A DNA stretch of 36,052 nucleotides from a virus. Its lineage: Duplodnaviria > Caudoviricetes. Every line of letters starts with the position of its first letter. The stretch's first letter is position 1. This document shows positions 23,604-32,550 of the stretch, piece after piece. The position numbers were made by a program, and so were the translations under genes. Below the pieces are notes generated by a model. It was not told where the DNA came from, ran no database searches, and saw only the letters and a program-made list of their open reading frames with translations. The stretch lies in IMG/VR virus record IMGVR_UViG_3300020599_000015, positions 1 to 36,052 of that record; one strand, 5' to 3'.

Positions 23604-25769
23604 ATGGCAGGCAGCGCAATCATCGGCTCCCTTCGCGTCGTGCTCGGGATCGACACGGCGGTCTTTGACAAGGGGCTTGCCGATGCGATGAAAAGCCTGA
23701 AGGGCATCGGAAAGTCGATGCAGTCAGTCGGCAAGAACATGTCCGGCTACCTGACTGCGCCGATTGTCGGATTCGGGGCTCTGACGGTCAAGACGGCAGG
23801 GGACTTCGAGGCGGCATTAAACCGGGTCGAGGCTGCCACCGGCGCAACAGCCGGTGAATTCAAGGCCATGCGCGATATGGCCGTGCAGCTCGGTGCCGAT
23901 ACCATTTTTTCAGCATCCGAATCCGCCGACGCCATGGAGATGCTGGCCAAGAACGGCCTGACCGCCAGCCAGATACTCGATGGTGCGGTGTCGGCCAGCA
24001 TGGCGCTTGCGGCATCCAGCGGATCCGAACTTGCCGCTGCGGCCGATGTCGCGACGGACGTGATGATGAATTTCGGCAAGGAGGCCAACGAACTTGGCGG
24101 CCTTGTCGACGGCATCACCGGCGTGCTGCTGGAATCCAAGTTCGGCTTCGATGACTATCGTCTTGCGCTTGGGCAGGCCGGTGGCGTGGCGGGAAATCTT
24201 GGGGTCGAGTTCGAGGACTTCAACGCCGTCATCGCGGTGACCAGTTCGGCTTTCGCCAGCGGGTCGGACGCCGGCACGTCATTCAAGGCTTTCCTGACCA
24301 GGCTTGTGCCTGTCTCGAAAACTGCCGCAGCGGCGATGCAGGAACTGGGGCTGGAATTCTTCAATGCCGATGGCTCCATCAAGAACATGACGGAAGTTGC
24401 CGACGAGTTGCACAAGAAGATGGGCAATCTGTCGGATCAAGACCTCAACCGGCACATGAAGGACATTTTCGGTGTAGACGCCATGCGCACGGCCATAATG
24501 CTGATGAAGCAGGGCGGCGATGGTGTGGAGGAAATGCGTGCCCGCATCAACAATGCGTCAGCTGAAGAACAGGCGGCGGCCCGCTTGAAAGGCTTTAATG
24601 GCGAGTTGGAAAAACTCTCCGGCGCCTTCGAATCCCTACAGATCGCAATCGCCGATAGCGGGCTTCTGGCCATGGTCACCAGCTTTGTGAGTAAGCTGGC
24701 GGAATGGGTGGACGTTCTGGCCGAGACGAATCCTGAAATACTCAAATGGGGCACGATTATCGCTGGTCTGACCGCTATCATCGGCCCTGTTCTCATCGCG
24801 CTTGGCGCACTTGCGGCCGCAATTGCCGCGATTGGGTTGCCTGTCACCGCAACGGTTGCAGCTATCGCAAGCATATCCGCCGCGCTGGTGGCGTTCTGGC
24901 CACAAATCCAGCAAGTCGATCAGGCACTGATGCAGTGGGCTCGGAACTTCGACCAGGCTGTCGTTTCCCTGTTCAATCAGGGCGTTCAAAAGATAAAGCA
25001 GCTCGGTCAGGAGATCGTGGCATCATTCCGGGCTCTTGCCAGCGAAATGTACCAGATCGGCGTCGATCTCATGCGCGGTCTCTGGAACGGCATCAAAAGC
25101 ATGTTCGGAACGGTCAAGGATGGTATCGCCAATATCGGTGCCGGGATACGCGATCGCTTCAAATCCATCCTCGGGATTCATTCGCCCTCGACGGTTTTCC
25201 ATGGACTTGGCGTGAACATCATCCAGGGCCTGAACAATGGCATGCAAAGTATGTCCGGTGCGGTGGCGGGTGGCGCAACATCCATCGTTGATGGCATTTC
25301 CGGAGCGTTCGATAGCCTGGGATCGTCCATCGCAGAGGCCATCAAAGGCACGAAATCGTGGAGAGATGTGGCGCTTGAGGCGATCAACTCCATAGCGCGC
25401 TCGCTTCTCTCCACCATGAACTTCGGCGGCGGATTTTTCGGATCGGTCTTCAAGGGGCTGCTTGGAGGATTGGTCGGCTTCCAGCATGGCGGGTCGTTTA
25501 CTGTCGGCGGTTCGGGCGGGACCGACAGCCAGCTTGTCGCGTTCCGTGCCTCTCCGGGAGAAATGGTCGATGTTCGAAAAGGGAACCAGGCACGGCACGG
25601 CGATGTGCAGGAAATCGTCGTTCGTGGTGTGTTTGTGGATGACGGCGGCGTGGTGAAGGGAATTGCCATGCAGGAGAGCGCCGCCGCTACCGGCAACCTC
25701 GCAAAACGTGTTCCGGCGATGGTCGAGCAGCGCACCAATACCCGCCAGACGAGGAGAACCAGACCGTAA
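23604..25769 (+). CDS. Tape measure protein (TP901-family core)
   Basis: IGSLRVVLGIDTA, Ala/Gly-rich helical repeats, GSDAGTS, LGIHSPS. Confidence 0.93.
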   Translation: MAGSAIIGSLRVVLGIDTAVFDKGLADAMKSLKGIGKSMQSVGKNMSGYLTAPIVGFGALTVKTAGDFEAALNRVEAATGATAGEFKAMRDMAVQLGADTIFSASESADAMEMLAKNGLTASQILDGAVSASMALAASSGSELAAAADVATDVMMNFGKEANELGGLVDGITGVLLESKFGFDDYRLALGQAGGVAGNLGVEFEDFNAVIAVTSSAFASGSDAGTSFKAFLTRLVPVSKTAAAAMQELGLEFFNADGSIKNMTEVADELHKKMGNLSDQDLNRHMKDIFGVDAMRTAIMLMKQGGDGVEEMRARINNASAEEQAAARLKGFNGELEKLSGAFESLQIAIADSGLLAMVTSFVSKLAEWVDVLAETNPEILKWGTIIAGLTAIIGPVLIALGALAAAIAAIGLPVTATVAAIASISAALVAFWPQIQQVDQALMQWARNFDQAVVSLFNQGVQKIKQLGQEIVASFRALASEMYQIGVDLMRGLWNGIKSMFGTVKDGIANIGAGIRDRFKSILGIHSPSTVFHGLGVNIIQGLNNGMQSMSGAVAGGATSIVDGISGAFDSLGSSIAEAIKGTKSWRDVALEAINSIARSLLSTMNFGGGFFGSVFKGLLGGLVGFQHGGSFTVGGSGGTDSQLVAFRASPGEMVDVRKGNQARHGDVQEIVVRGVFVDDGGVVKGIAMQESAAATGNLAKRVPAMVEQRTNTRQTRRTRP

Positions 25770-26503
25770 TGGCCCGCCTTCTGTCTCATCCTGTCGGGTT
25801 GCCGGTTGTTTCTCTCCAGCCGTTGAGCGGCCCGCGCGCGGTTGCATCGAGTGCGAGCCAATCCATTTCGGGATTCACCCAAACGACTGCGCTCCCGTTC
25901 GGCCTATGGCGCTGGCAGATCGTTTTCGCGGCAATGCATAAGGCTATGTTCCGGCGCTATCGCGGTTGGGTGACGGCGCTGCATGGCGGGGCGAATGCAA
26001 CGCGCTGGTTATTCTTTGACCCGGATATGATGTCGCCCCGTGACACCGGGATCGATGTCGCGCCGCATGTCGAATGGACTTCACTGGGGTATGATCAGAA
26101 TTGGTCGAATGGAATGCCGTGGTCGAACGGCCAGGGATGGGGGAAGACGCCGCCACAGGTTGCTGTTGCTGCGCCGGCTGAGCGTGATGACACCATCGTT
26201 TCCCTGAGCTCCACCTTCTGGGGGCATACGCTGGATGTGGGCGACTATCTCGGTTTCCTGCCGTTTCATATGGGCCTTTATACCGTGACGGAAGTGTTCG
26301 AGCCGGGCCGGTATCGTGTCTGGCCGCCGCTTCGCAAGGCAATCTCGGCTGACGACTTCGCAACCCTGAGACCCACTCTGGCGATGCGGCTGGAGAGCGA
26401 AGACAGCGCATCTGCCGGTCGCGGGTTGGTGGTGGCTGACGGATTGAGCGTCACCATGGTCGAAGTCCTCGACTATGACGTGCGGCAGTACTTCACTGAC
26501 TAG
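25769..26503 (+). CDS. Distal-tail-like protein
   Basis: TAATG coupling directly after the tape measure gene. Confidence 0.6.
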   Translation: MARLLSHPVGLPVVSLQPLSGPRAVASSASQSISGFTQTTALPFGLWRWQIVFAAMHKAMFRRYRGWVTALHGGANATRWLFFDPDMMSPRDTGIDVAPHVEWTSLGYDQNWSNGMPWSNGQGWGKTPPQVAVAAPAERDDTIVSLSSTFWGHTLDVGDYLGFLPFHMGLYTVTEVFEPGRYRVWPPLRKAISADDFATLRPTLAMRLESEDSASAGRGLVVADGLSVTMVEVLDYDVRQYFTD

Positions 26504-26522
26504 GAGACTGAGGGAATGAAAA

Positions 26523-26837
26523 CTATCCACTCTTCTTCAGAAGCTGTTTCGGTTGGCTTTCATGAAGTGAAGCCAGAAGATCATTTTCGGACAGCTTCGA
26601 AAGATGGCCTAGAAGCGCGCTTGCGCCTGCTAGAAGCCCGCGTTCAGCATCTTGAATCGTTGCACCGTCAAGGAGAGGCACGGCAAGTTCGAGGGTTGCG
26701 TTAGGCCCATACTCATCACCATCGATCCTTGATATTTGCACCTTAATGGTTCCGCTTACGGTGGTTTCTTGCTCGTGTTCGTGGCGCTCAAGTCCCCAGA
26801 CCGCGACATTGGTTACCCGTCTAGTCGAATAGTCCAT
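26523..26837 (-). CDS. Hypothetical protein (antisense moron in the tail operon)
   Basis: GGAGGG RBS, ATG 26837, 104 aa; similar to 2621-2983. Confidence 0.65.
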   Translation of the reverse strand: MDYSTRRVTNVAVWGLERHEHEQETTVSGTIKVQISRIDGDEYGPNATLELAVPLLDGATIQDAERGLLAGASALLGHLSKLSENDLLASLHESQPKQLLKKSG

Positions 26838-26909
26838 TTTGCCCTCCACCTTGAGGCGTGCAGTTAAGCACACCGTTTAAGGCGGAGTCGAATCCATAGG
26901 TTTCCATAG

Positions 26910-27485
26910 ATGGCAATCTTCTCCGAAGCCGATTTTGATCGGCTGGAAGCTCCCCATATTGCCCGGTGCTGGTTTGCGGAAATCGATCTGCCGGCTGGTT
27001 TGAAACGCCTGCACAACGGCGTCGGCAACATCACCGTCGGTGGCCACGAATGGCGCGGCATAACCAACCCGCTCGGCGGCCAGCTGGTCAGCGTGGCGGC
27101 GGTTGAAGATCCCCGGTTTGGCCAGGCCGCGTCGGTGGGCATCATGCTCGGCGGCATCACTGTGGAGTTCTGGCGCGAAATCAAGGGCATGGCGCGCGAG
27201 ATCGAGGGGAGGAGGTGCGATCTGTTCTGGTCGGAGTTCGATCCGGAAACCGGCGAGATCGGCATCACGCTCAAGAAGCTGTTTCCCGGGAAGATCACCG
27301 CGCCCTCGCTGCATCGGGCAGGTCCTGGCATTCGCTCGGCATCGTTCGTCATCGAAAGCATGTGGCAATCGCAGAACTATCCATTCGGCGGGCGCTGGAA
27401 CGCTTCCGATCAGGAGCGGCGCTATCCAGGAGACAAGGGCGGTCAGTTCATCGGGGTGAAGGTCATGGAGGTCTTCAACGGATGA
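26910..27485 (+). CDS. Tail tip / hub-associated protein
   Basis: RL.NG.G.I.VGG.EW.G; DQERRYPGDKG..FI motif; synteny. Confidence 0.7.
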   Translation: MAIFSEADFDRLEAPHIARCWFAEIDLPAGLKRLHNGVGNITVGGHEWRGITNPLGGQLVSVAAVEDPRFGQAASVGIMLGGITVEFWREIKGMAREIEGRRCDLFWSEFDPETGEIGITLKKLFPGKITAPSLHRAGPGIRSASFVIESMWQSQNYPFGGRWNASDQERRYPGDKGGQFIGVKVMEVFNG

Positions 27486-27886
27486 GCGACATTGCACTGG
27501 AGGCAACGCTTGCATCGTTCCTCGAGCGGTTCGAAGGAAAGTCCGTGGAATGGGGCGTCGATGATTGTTCGGCCGTGGCGCATTTGTGGTTACGGGAACT
27601 GGGGATCAACCCCGATCTGCCGCACTATTCCAGTAGAGACGAGGCGCATGCTCTCATCGAGGCGGCCGGAAGTCTCGACGCGATCTGGAGAGACAATCTG
27701 TCTCGTGCTGGTGTCTATCCACGCGCCGGCGATCCCCATCTTGGCGATGTCGGCATTGTCGACACCCGTCGTTTCGGGCAGGTCGGCGTGATTTTCGGCT
27801 CGGGCGGCATCTGCTGCTGGCGAACCGATCAGGGTTTTTTCTGGATGATCCCGCGGCGTGCGGTCGAGGTCTGGGCGGCTAGCTGA
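27482..27886 (+). CDS. NlpC/P60-like (DUF6950-type) tail protein
   Basis: EWGVDDC...GDVG motif; ATGA coupling. Confidence 0.7.
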   Translation: MSDIALEATLASFLERFEGKSVEWGVDDCSAVAHLWLRELGINPDLPHYSSRDEAHALIEAAGSLDAIWRDNLSRAGVYPRAGDPHLGDVGIVDTRRFGQVGVIFGSGGICCWRTDQGFFWMIPRRAVEVWAAS

Positions 27887-27887
27887 C

Positions 27888-30056
27888 ATGAAATTCATCA
27901 AACTGGCGCTGACCGGCTGCGTCTCGCTGCTGGCGATGACGGCACATGCCCATGCAGACTTCATCTTTACGCCCATCGCCTTCGCTCTCTTCGCCGGGCC
28001 GCTCGGCGGCGCCTTGTCTTTCGGCGCAATCTACACCGGCTTGCAGATAGCGGCATACGCGGCGGTCGTGGGGTCGCAGATGGTTCCCGCCGGTCGCGGG
28101 CAAAGGCCCAAGATCGATCCCGGCGAGATGAAGAACACGTTTCAGGAGGCCGAGACTTCCGAGTTCAATGCTGTCGGCCGTGTCAAGCTCGGGGGGCTCA
28201 AGGCATTCGGCAATACCAAGGGATCCTACATCTCGCGACTGATCTGGCACGTCAAAGGGCTGATGGTGGGCGTGGAACAATACTTTCTCGGCGGCCGTGA
28301 AATCACCGTCGAGGCGAACGGGGATGTTTCCTCGCCGCCGTGGGCATTGCAGGGAGGGTCGTGGGCCAACGTCAAGAGCAAGCCGGGCGACGGTACTGAA
28401 ACGGCATGGCCTGAATTGATTTCGGACTTTCCGTCGCTCTGGACCTCGGCGCATCGATGCCGCGGCATCTTCCAGTCGCTGGTGCGCTTCAGGGTGCCGG
28501 CGCTTTCTTCCGAGTCCGGGAACAAGAAATTCCAGAAGCTCTATCAGGGCGGGGCGCCCGATCTCGAAGTGGTCGCCCGCATAGGGCCTGTCTTCGATCC
28601 GCGCGACCCGACACAGGATGCGGACACGCCGGCAAGCTGGAAGTGGTCCGATAACGGCATCCTGTGCGCTGTTCATATCATGCGGCGCTATCCAGACCTG
28701 AAGAGTGCGGATTTCGACTGGGGATTCCTCGCAGCGGAAGCCGACCGCGCCGATATGCCCGTGGCCACAAAGGATGGGACAGAGCCGCGGTCGCGGTGCT
28801 GGGGCATATGGCCTTCCGAAAGCCAGCGCGGCGAGGTTATGCAGCAGGTTCTGGATTCCATCGGTGCGGAGGTGGTGACCAGCGAATCGGGGTTGATCCG
28901 CATTCGCCTGATCGATGACGATCCGTCCGCCGAGATCCATTTCACTGGCAAGCATATTATCGAACTCGACTGGAAATCCGGTCCGGAAGCTGTCGAGCGG
29001 CCGAATATCTGCCGGATCAAGTACTATTCGCCCGAGCGCGGCTACGACATGGGCGAAATCGACATGTCCGGCATCTCCTGGGCGCGGATCGACGATGAGG
29101 TCGCCCGCTATGGCGAAAAGCCGTTCGACGTGGAACTTCCGTTTTGTCCCTCTGCGCCTCAGGCGCAGCGCCATGCAAGGCGCCTGTTCCTGTCCGCGCG
29201 CGCCGATGCCGGCGCCATCCGCACCAATATTGCCGGCCTTGCGGCATGGGGCTGCACCTATGTCGATATCGATGACGACGATGCCGAGGAAACGATGTTG
29301 TGCCGGATTTCTCCGCCTCGCATCGATGATGAGGCCGGGCAGGTCGATATTCCCTACATCGTATGGCCCAAGGCGCTGGTCGATGAACCTTGGAACCCGG
29401 CAACGATGGAGGCCGACCCGCCCATAGAGGTGCCGGAACTACAGTACGAATCCGAGCTCGACACCCCGGCGGCACCTTCCGAGGCGTCCGTGGTTCAGTA
29501 TCCCGACAACTCGTATGAAACCCGCGTCAAGTTTGCTGCCGTGCCCGGAGGCTCCATTGCCGAGGCGGTCTACCGGACATGGCCGGGCGGCCAGCCGGCA
29601 CCGTTCCAGAGTATGACGGAATACAATGGCGGCGGAACAACCCGCTATGCCTGGGATGCTGCTGACACGACCGGCAGCCGTGCCGACTTCAAATGCCGGT
29701 TCTTCAACGATGACGACGAGGGCTCGTACTATTCGCCGCTGCTAGTTGTCGATCCGATGGAGATCGATAACACCAAGCCTGACGCGCCAAATCTTACCGT
29801 CAGCGTCAGCAATGATGGATCTGGCAACTATACGTTCAATTGCAGTACGCGGGTTACTCAGTTGCATGTTGCGCAGCTGACGTTGACAGGGGCGACCGCT
29901 TCGCAAGGGCGACCAGATGTTGCCTTGACGCGGTCGTTCACCCAGCCGGCAGCTTTTGAGCCGGTGACGGTCACGGTTAACTCCGTTGCCTACACCTCTG
30001 ACGGTACAGCCAGCGATACGGCGACATTCATCTACACGATCCCGCCACTTTCATAA
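27888..30056 (+). CDS. Tail tip / central fibre protein (gpJ-like)
   Basis: FDPRD...WKWSDN..LC, synteny, 722 aa. Confidence 0.8.
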   Translation: MKFIKLALTGCVSLLAMTAHAHADFIFTPIAFALFAGPLGGALSFGAIYTGLQIAAYAAVVGSQMVPAGRGQRPKIDPGEMKNTFQEAETSEFNAVGRVKLGGLKAFGNTKGSYISRLIWHVKGLMVGVEQYFLGGREITVEANGDVSSPPWALQGGSWANVKSKPGDGTETAWPELISDFPSLWTSAHRCRGIFQSLVRFRVPALSSESGNKKFQKLYQGGAPDLEVVARIGPVFDPRDPTQDADTPASWKWSDNGILCAVHIMRRYPDLKSADFDWGFLAAEADRADMPVATKDGTEPRSRCWGIWPSESQRGEVMQQVLDSIGAEVVTSESGLIRIRLIDDDPSAEIHFTGKHIIELDWKSGPEAVERPNICRIKYYSPERGYDMGEIDMSGISWARIDDEVARYGEKPFDVELPFCPSAPQAQRHARRLFLSARADAGAIRTNIAGLAAWGCTYVDIDDDDAEETMLCRISPPRIDDEAGQVDIPYIVWPKALVDEPWNPATMEADPPIEVPELQYESELDTPAAPSEASVVQYPDNSYETRVKFAAVPGGSIAEAVYRTWPGGQPAPFQSMTEYNGGGTTRYAWDAADTTGSRADFKCRFFNDDDEGSYYSPLLVVDPMEIDNTKPDAPNLTVSVSNDGSGNYTFNCSTRVTQLHVAQLTLTGATASQGRPDVALTRSFTQPAAFEPVTVTVNSVAYTSDGTASDTATFIYTIPPLS

Positions 30057-30090
30057 CCGGCCTCTTTTCCGACAATCTGGAGAATACACG

Positions 30091-31773
30091 ATGAGCGCAT
30101 ATACGAAGCGCGCAGCAGAAGTCTTTGCGCCGACGACTGCTGGTGGAGCGCCACGCGGTGCCGACATGGGCGAGGCTCAGACTTGGGGCACGGAGGTTGA
30201 GCGCGCCATTGATGAAGGCGCTGGCGACGTTGATGCCAAGGTCGAGGCCGAACGGCTGGCTCGTGAGCAGGCTATTGCAGATGAGATCGCCGCCCGTGAA
30301 TCTGGGGATCAAAATCTGTCTGATCGCATCGATCTGGTCGAAGGCGGCGTAGCAGTCACCTATGAGACGCGAGCTCAACTCTTTGCCGACCTCGCGCATC
30401 CGGCAGATTCCATCGCGCATGTGTATGGCGATAGCAATGAAGCCTATCGCGGGGTGTACAAGAAATCAGGCGGGTCAGGGTCTGGCTCGTGGACCCGCAT
30501 TGGGCCATTGCCGATGATAACAAATGCGGCATCTTCCTCGGTGTCCGGCCTGATGACGCCAGAGATGTTTAATAATCTGGCCCGCGCCCATATCGGCCGA
30601 GGGCCGCTGGCATCGAATGCAGACCTCAATACGATCTTGCTGCCGGGGGTTTACTTCGGCGACAATCTGTTTGCGGGAACAGGAAAGCCATCTGATTTCC
30701 CGGCTGGCGCATTTATCTTTGTCGTGGAAGCCTATGGGTTGGGCACGGCTGGGAATACATACGTAAAGCAGAATATCTACTCCATCACCGACACCAGACG
30801 GTCGTATGAGCGGCGTATCAACCAGGCGAACCCAAGTGATGTGAACGCCGTATGGCGCCGCGCGACCGCCGTGTGGCAGGGAAGCGTCACGACAGGGAGC
30901 GTCAATAGCCTCTGGCGCGATGGTCTTTATTCCGTCCTCCCGGCTGTTGCGGACATGCCTCCCGACTGGCCGTCTAATGCGGTCGGTTTGCTCCGGGTAA
31001 AGGAGTTTGGCGGGGAGGCTGGATACAGCCACCAGCGCCTATACATGAGCACCAGCTCGACCGCATATTATGAAAGGGTCATCCGATACGGGCCGTCTTC
31101 ATTCCCGGCATGGCAGCGATGGGGCATCACAGGAGGTGGCGGCGGTGGCGGGGCCACCAGATGGACTGATGGCAAATGGAATGTCATGGGTGATAGCACC
31201 ACGGAACAGCCATACTCCTACTGGTCTCATCTAGCATCCCCTCTAGGGATCATCACGCCTCGGAACTATGGTATTGGTGGGACGGCAATTGCAGAAAGAC
31301 CGTCGCTGCCGGGGTTCGAAAGCAATGCTATGTGCCAGAGATTCGGCGATATGGACTTGGACGCCGATCTGATCACCGTTCTGGGGGGCACCAACGACTG
31401 GTCAAGCAACATCGTGCTCGGCACCATGGCCAGCACTGACAACACAACGTTCTATGGTGCCTGCAAAACGCTTTTCGGTGGTCTGGTAGATCGATACCCG
31501 ACATCAACGATTGCCGTCTTCACTCCGTTCCCTCGTGCATCCATGCGGGGCGTCAACGGAAATGGTGATACAATCTATGATTTTGCTGACGTCATAAAGG
31601 ATGTTGCGCGCTGGTGCGCCATACCCTGTTGTGATCTGCTCAGTGGATCGATTTTCAAGCCGTACAATCTTGATAACAAGAACGCTCTCATGCCGGATGG
31701 CATTCATCCAAACGAAACGGGACATCTCCTTGTCTCGTTCAATCAGATGTACGGATTTCTGAATGGGCTTTGA
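30091..31773 (+). CDS. Tail fibre/spike with knob-like repeats and C-terminal SGNH/GDSL esterase
   Basis: GGAGA RBS; DLN....GVY knob-like units; Gly7 linker; GDSTT, G.GG, GGTND, DGIHPN. Confidence 0.85.
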   Translation: MSAYTKRAAEVFAPTTAGGAPRGADMGEAQTWGTEVERAIDEGAGDVDAKVEAERLAREQAIADEIAARESGDQNLSDRIDLVEGGVAVTYETRAQLFADLAHPADSIAHVYGDSNEAYRGVYKKSGGSGSGSWTRIGPLPMITNAASSSVSGLMTPEMFNNLARAHIGRGPLASNADLNTILLPGVYFGDNLFAGTGKPSDFPAGAFIFVVEAYGLGTAGNTYVKQNIYSITDTRRSYERRINQANPSDVNAVWRRATAVWQGSVTTGSVNSLWRDGLYSVLPAVADMPPDWPSNAVGLLRVKEFGGEAGYSHQRLYMSTSSTAYYERVIRYGPSSFPAWQRWGITGGGGGGGATRWTDGKWNVMGDSTTEQPYSYWSHLASPLGIITPRNYGIGGTAIAERPSLPGFESNAMCQRFGDMDLDADLITVLGGTNDWSSNIVLGTMASTDNTTFYGACKTLFGGLVDRYPTSTIAVFTPFPRASMRGVNGNGDTIYDFADVIKDVARWCAIPCCDLLSGSIFKPYNLDNKNALMPDGIHPNETGHLLVSFNQMYGFLNGL

Positions 31774-31779
31774 CGAAGA

Positions 31780-31980
31780 TTATTTAATGGCCCAGTCCGT
31801 CAGGAAGTCCCGCGTTTCTTCTTCCGTCATGGGGCGGTATTCCCAGTCGAGGCCGTCTATGGAAATCCGCCGCATGACGGGTCCGTTCTTGGATGAGCGA
31901 ATCTCATGCCAATCGTTTGGCAACTGTCCGTAAAGGAAGCAGATCGCTCGGTGTAGAGCGATTTGGATGCGCTTGATCAT
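31780..31980 (-). CDS. Small hypothetical protein (antisense moron)
   Basis: MIKRIQIALH...PVMRR....WEYRPMT.EE; convergent with the fibre gene. Confidence 0.55.
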   Translation of the reverse strand: MIKRIQIALHRAICFLYGQLPNDWHEIRSSKNGPVMRRISIDGLDWEYRPMTEEETRDFLTDWAIK

Positions 31981-32125
31981 CTCATGCCCCGCTGCGGATT
32001 TTAGATCTGACGAATAGCATAGCTGGCGCGGGCTGGCGAGCCGTCTCGATCCTGCCGATAGCGCGCCAGCCCGTGCCGTCGTAAGAACAGCCGGGGGATA
32101 ATAGCTCAACCCGGGGTGGGGGCAA

Positions 32126-32353
32126 CTATGCCGGGCGGGCACGCGCTCCGGTCCAGGCTTCGTAGATCAGCGCCAGATTCTCCGGCGTGAGCTTGATCGT
32201 ATAGCGGTATCGGGAATTGTCGTAGATCCCCGCCGCTTCGATGGACAGCCGAATCCCGCCGTGTTCCTGATCGACCTCGGCCGGATCGAGCGTCGATTTT
32301 CGGATCAGCTTTCTCTTGCCCGGCCTCTTGGCCGGCTCAACGTAGATTTCCAT
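32126..32353 (-). CDS. Hypothetical protein (antisense moron)
   Basis: AAGGA before ATG 32353; 75 aa, protein-like composition. Confidence 0.6.
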   Translation of the reverse strand: MEIYVEPAKRPGKRKLIRKSTLDPAEVDQEHGGIRLSIEAAGIYDNSRYRYTIKLTPENLALIYEAWTGARARPA

Positions 32354-32470
32354 TTCCTTGCCCCCGCAAGTTCGAAAGGGCTGGCGCACCCTTCGTTGGG
32401 GCGGAGAGTACGCCAGCAAGAGCGGTCACTGGATAGCCGCGCGGGCAGCCTAACCCAGATAATCTCTAAG

Positions 32471-32490
32471 AATGTGAAATAGCTCACATT
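32471..32490. promoter_or_regulatory. CRP-family-type palindrome
   Basis: AATGTGA-AATAGC-TCACATT, perfect 7-bp arms containing TGTGA-N6-TCACA. Confidence 0.55.
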
Positions 32491-32550
32491 TGTTCCGCAG
32501 CCAGTTTCGGGCCCAACGAAAACCGATCCAGACATCTGAAAGGACCGACC

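Noticed and set aside
26516-26704. 62-aa plus-strand ORF in the tail operon
   Set aside because: Has a plausible RBS but lies almost wholly antisense to the better-supported moron; not called as a feature
26864-26880. Possible CtrA box TTAA...TTAA
   Set aside because: Spacing is N9, not N7; better explained by the RNA hairpin
30091-32550. Diversity-generating retroelement or invertible fibre cassette
   Set aside because: No reverse transcriptase, invertase or template/variable repeat pair visible
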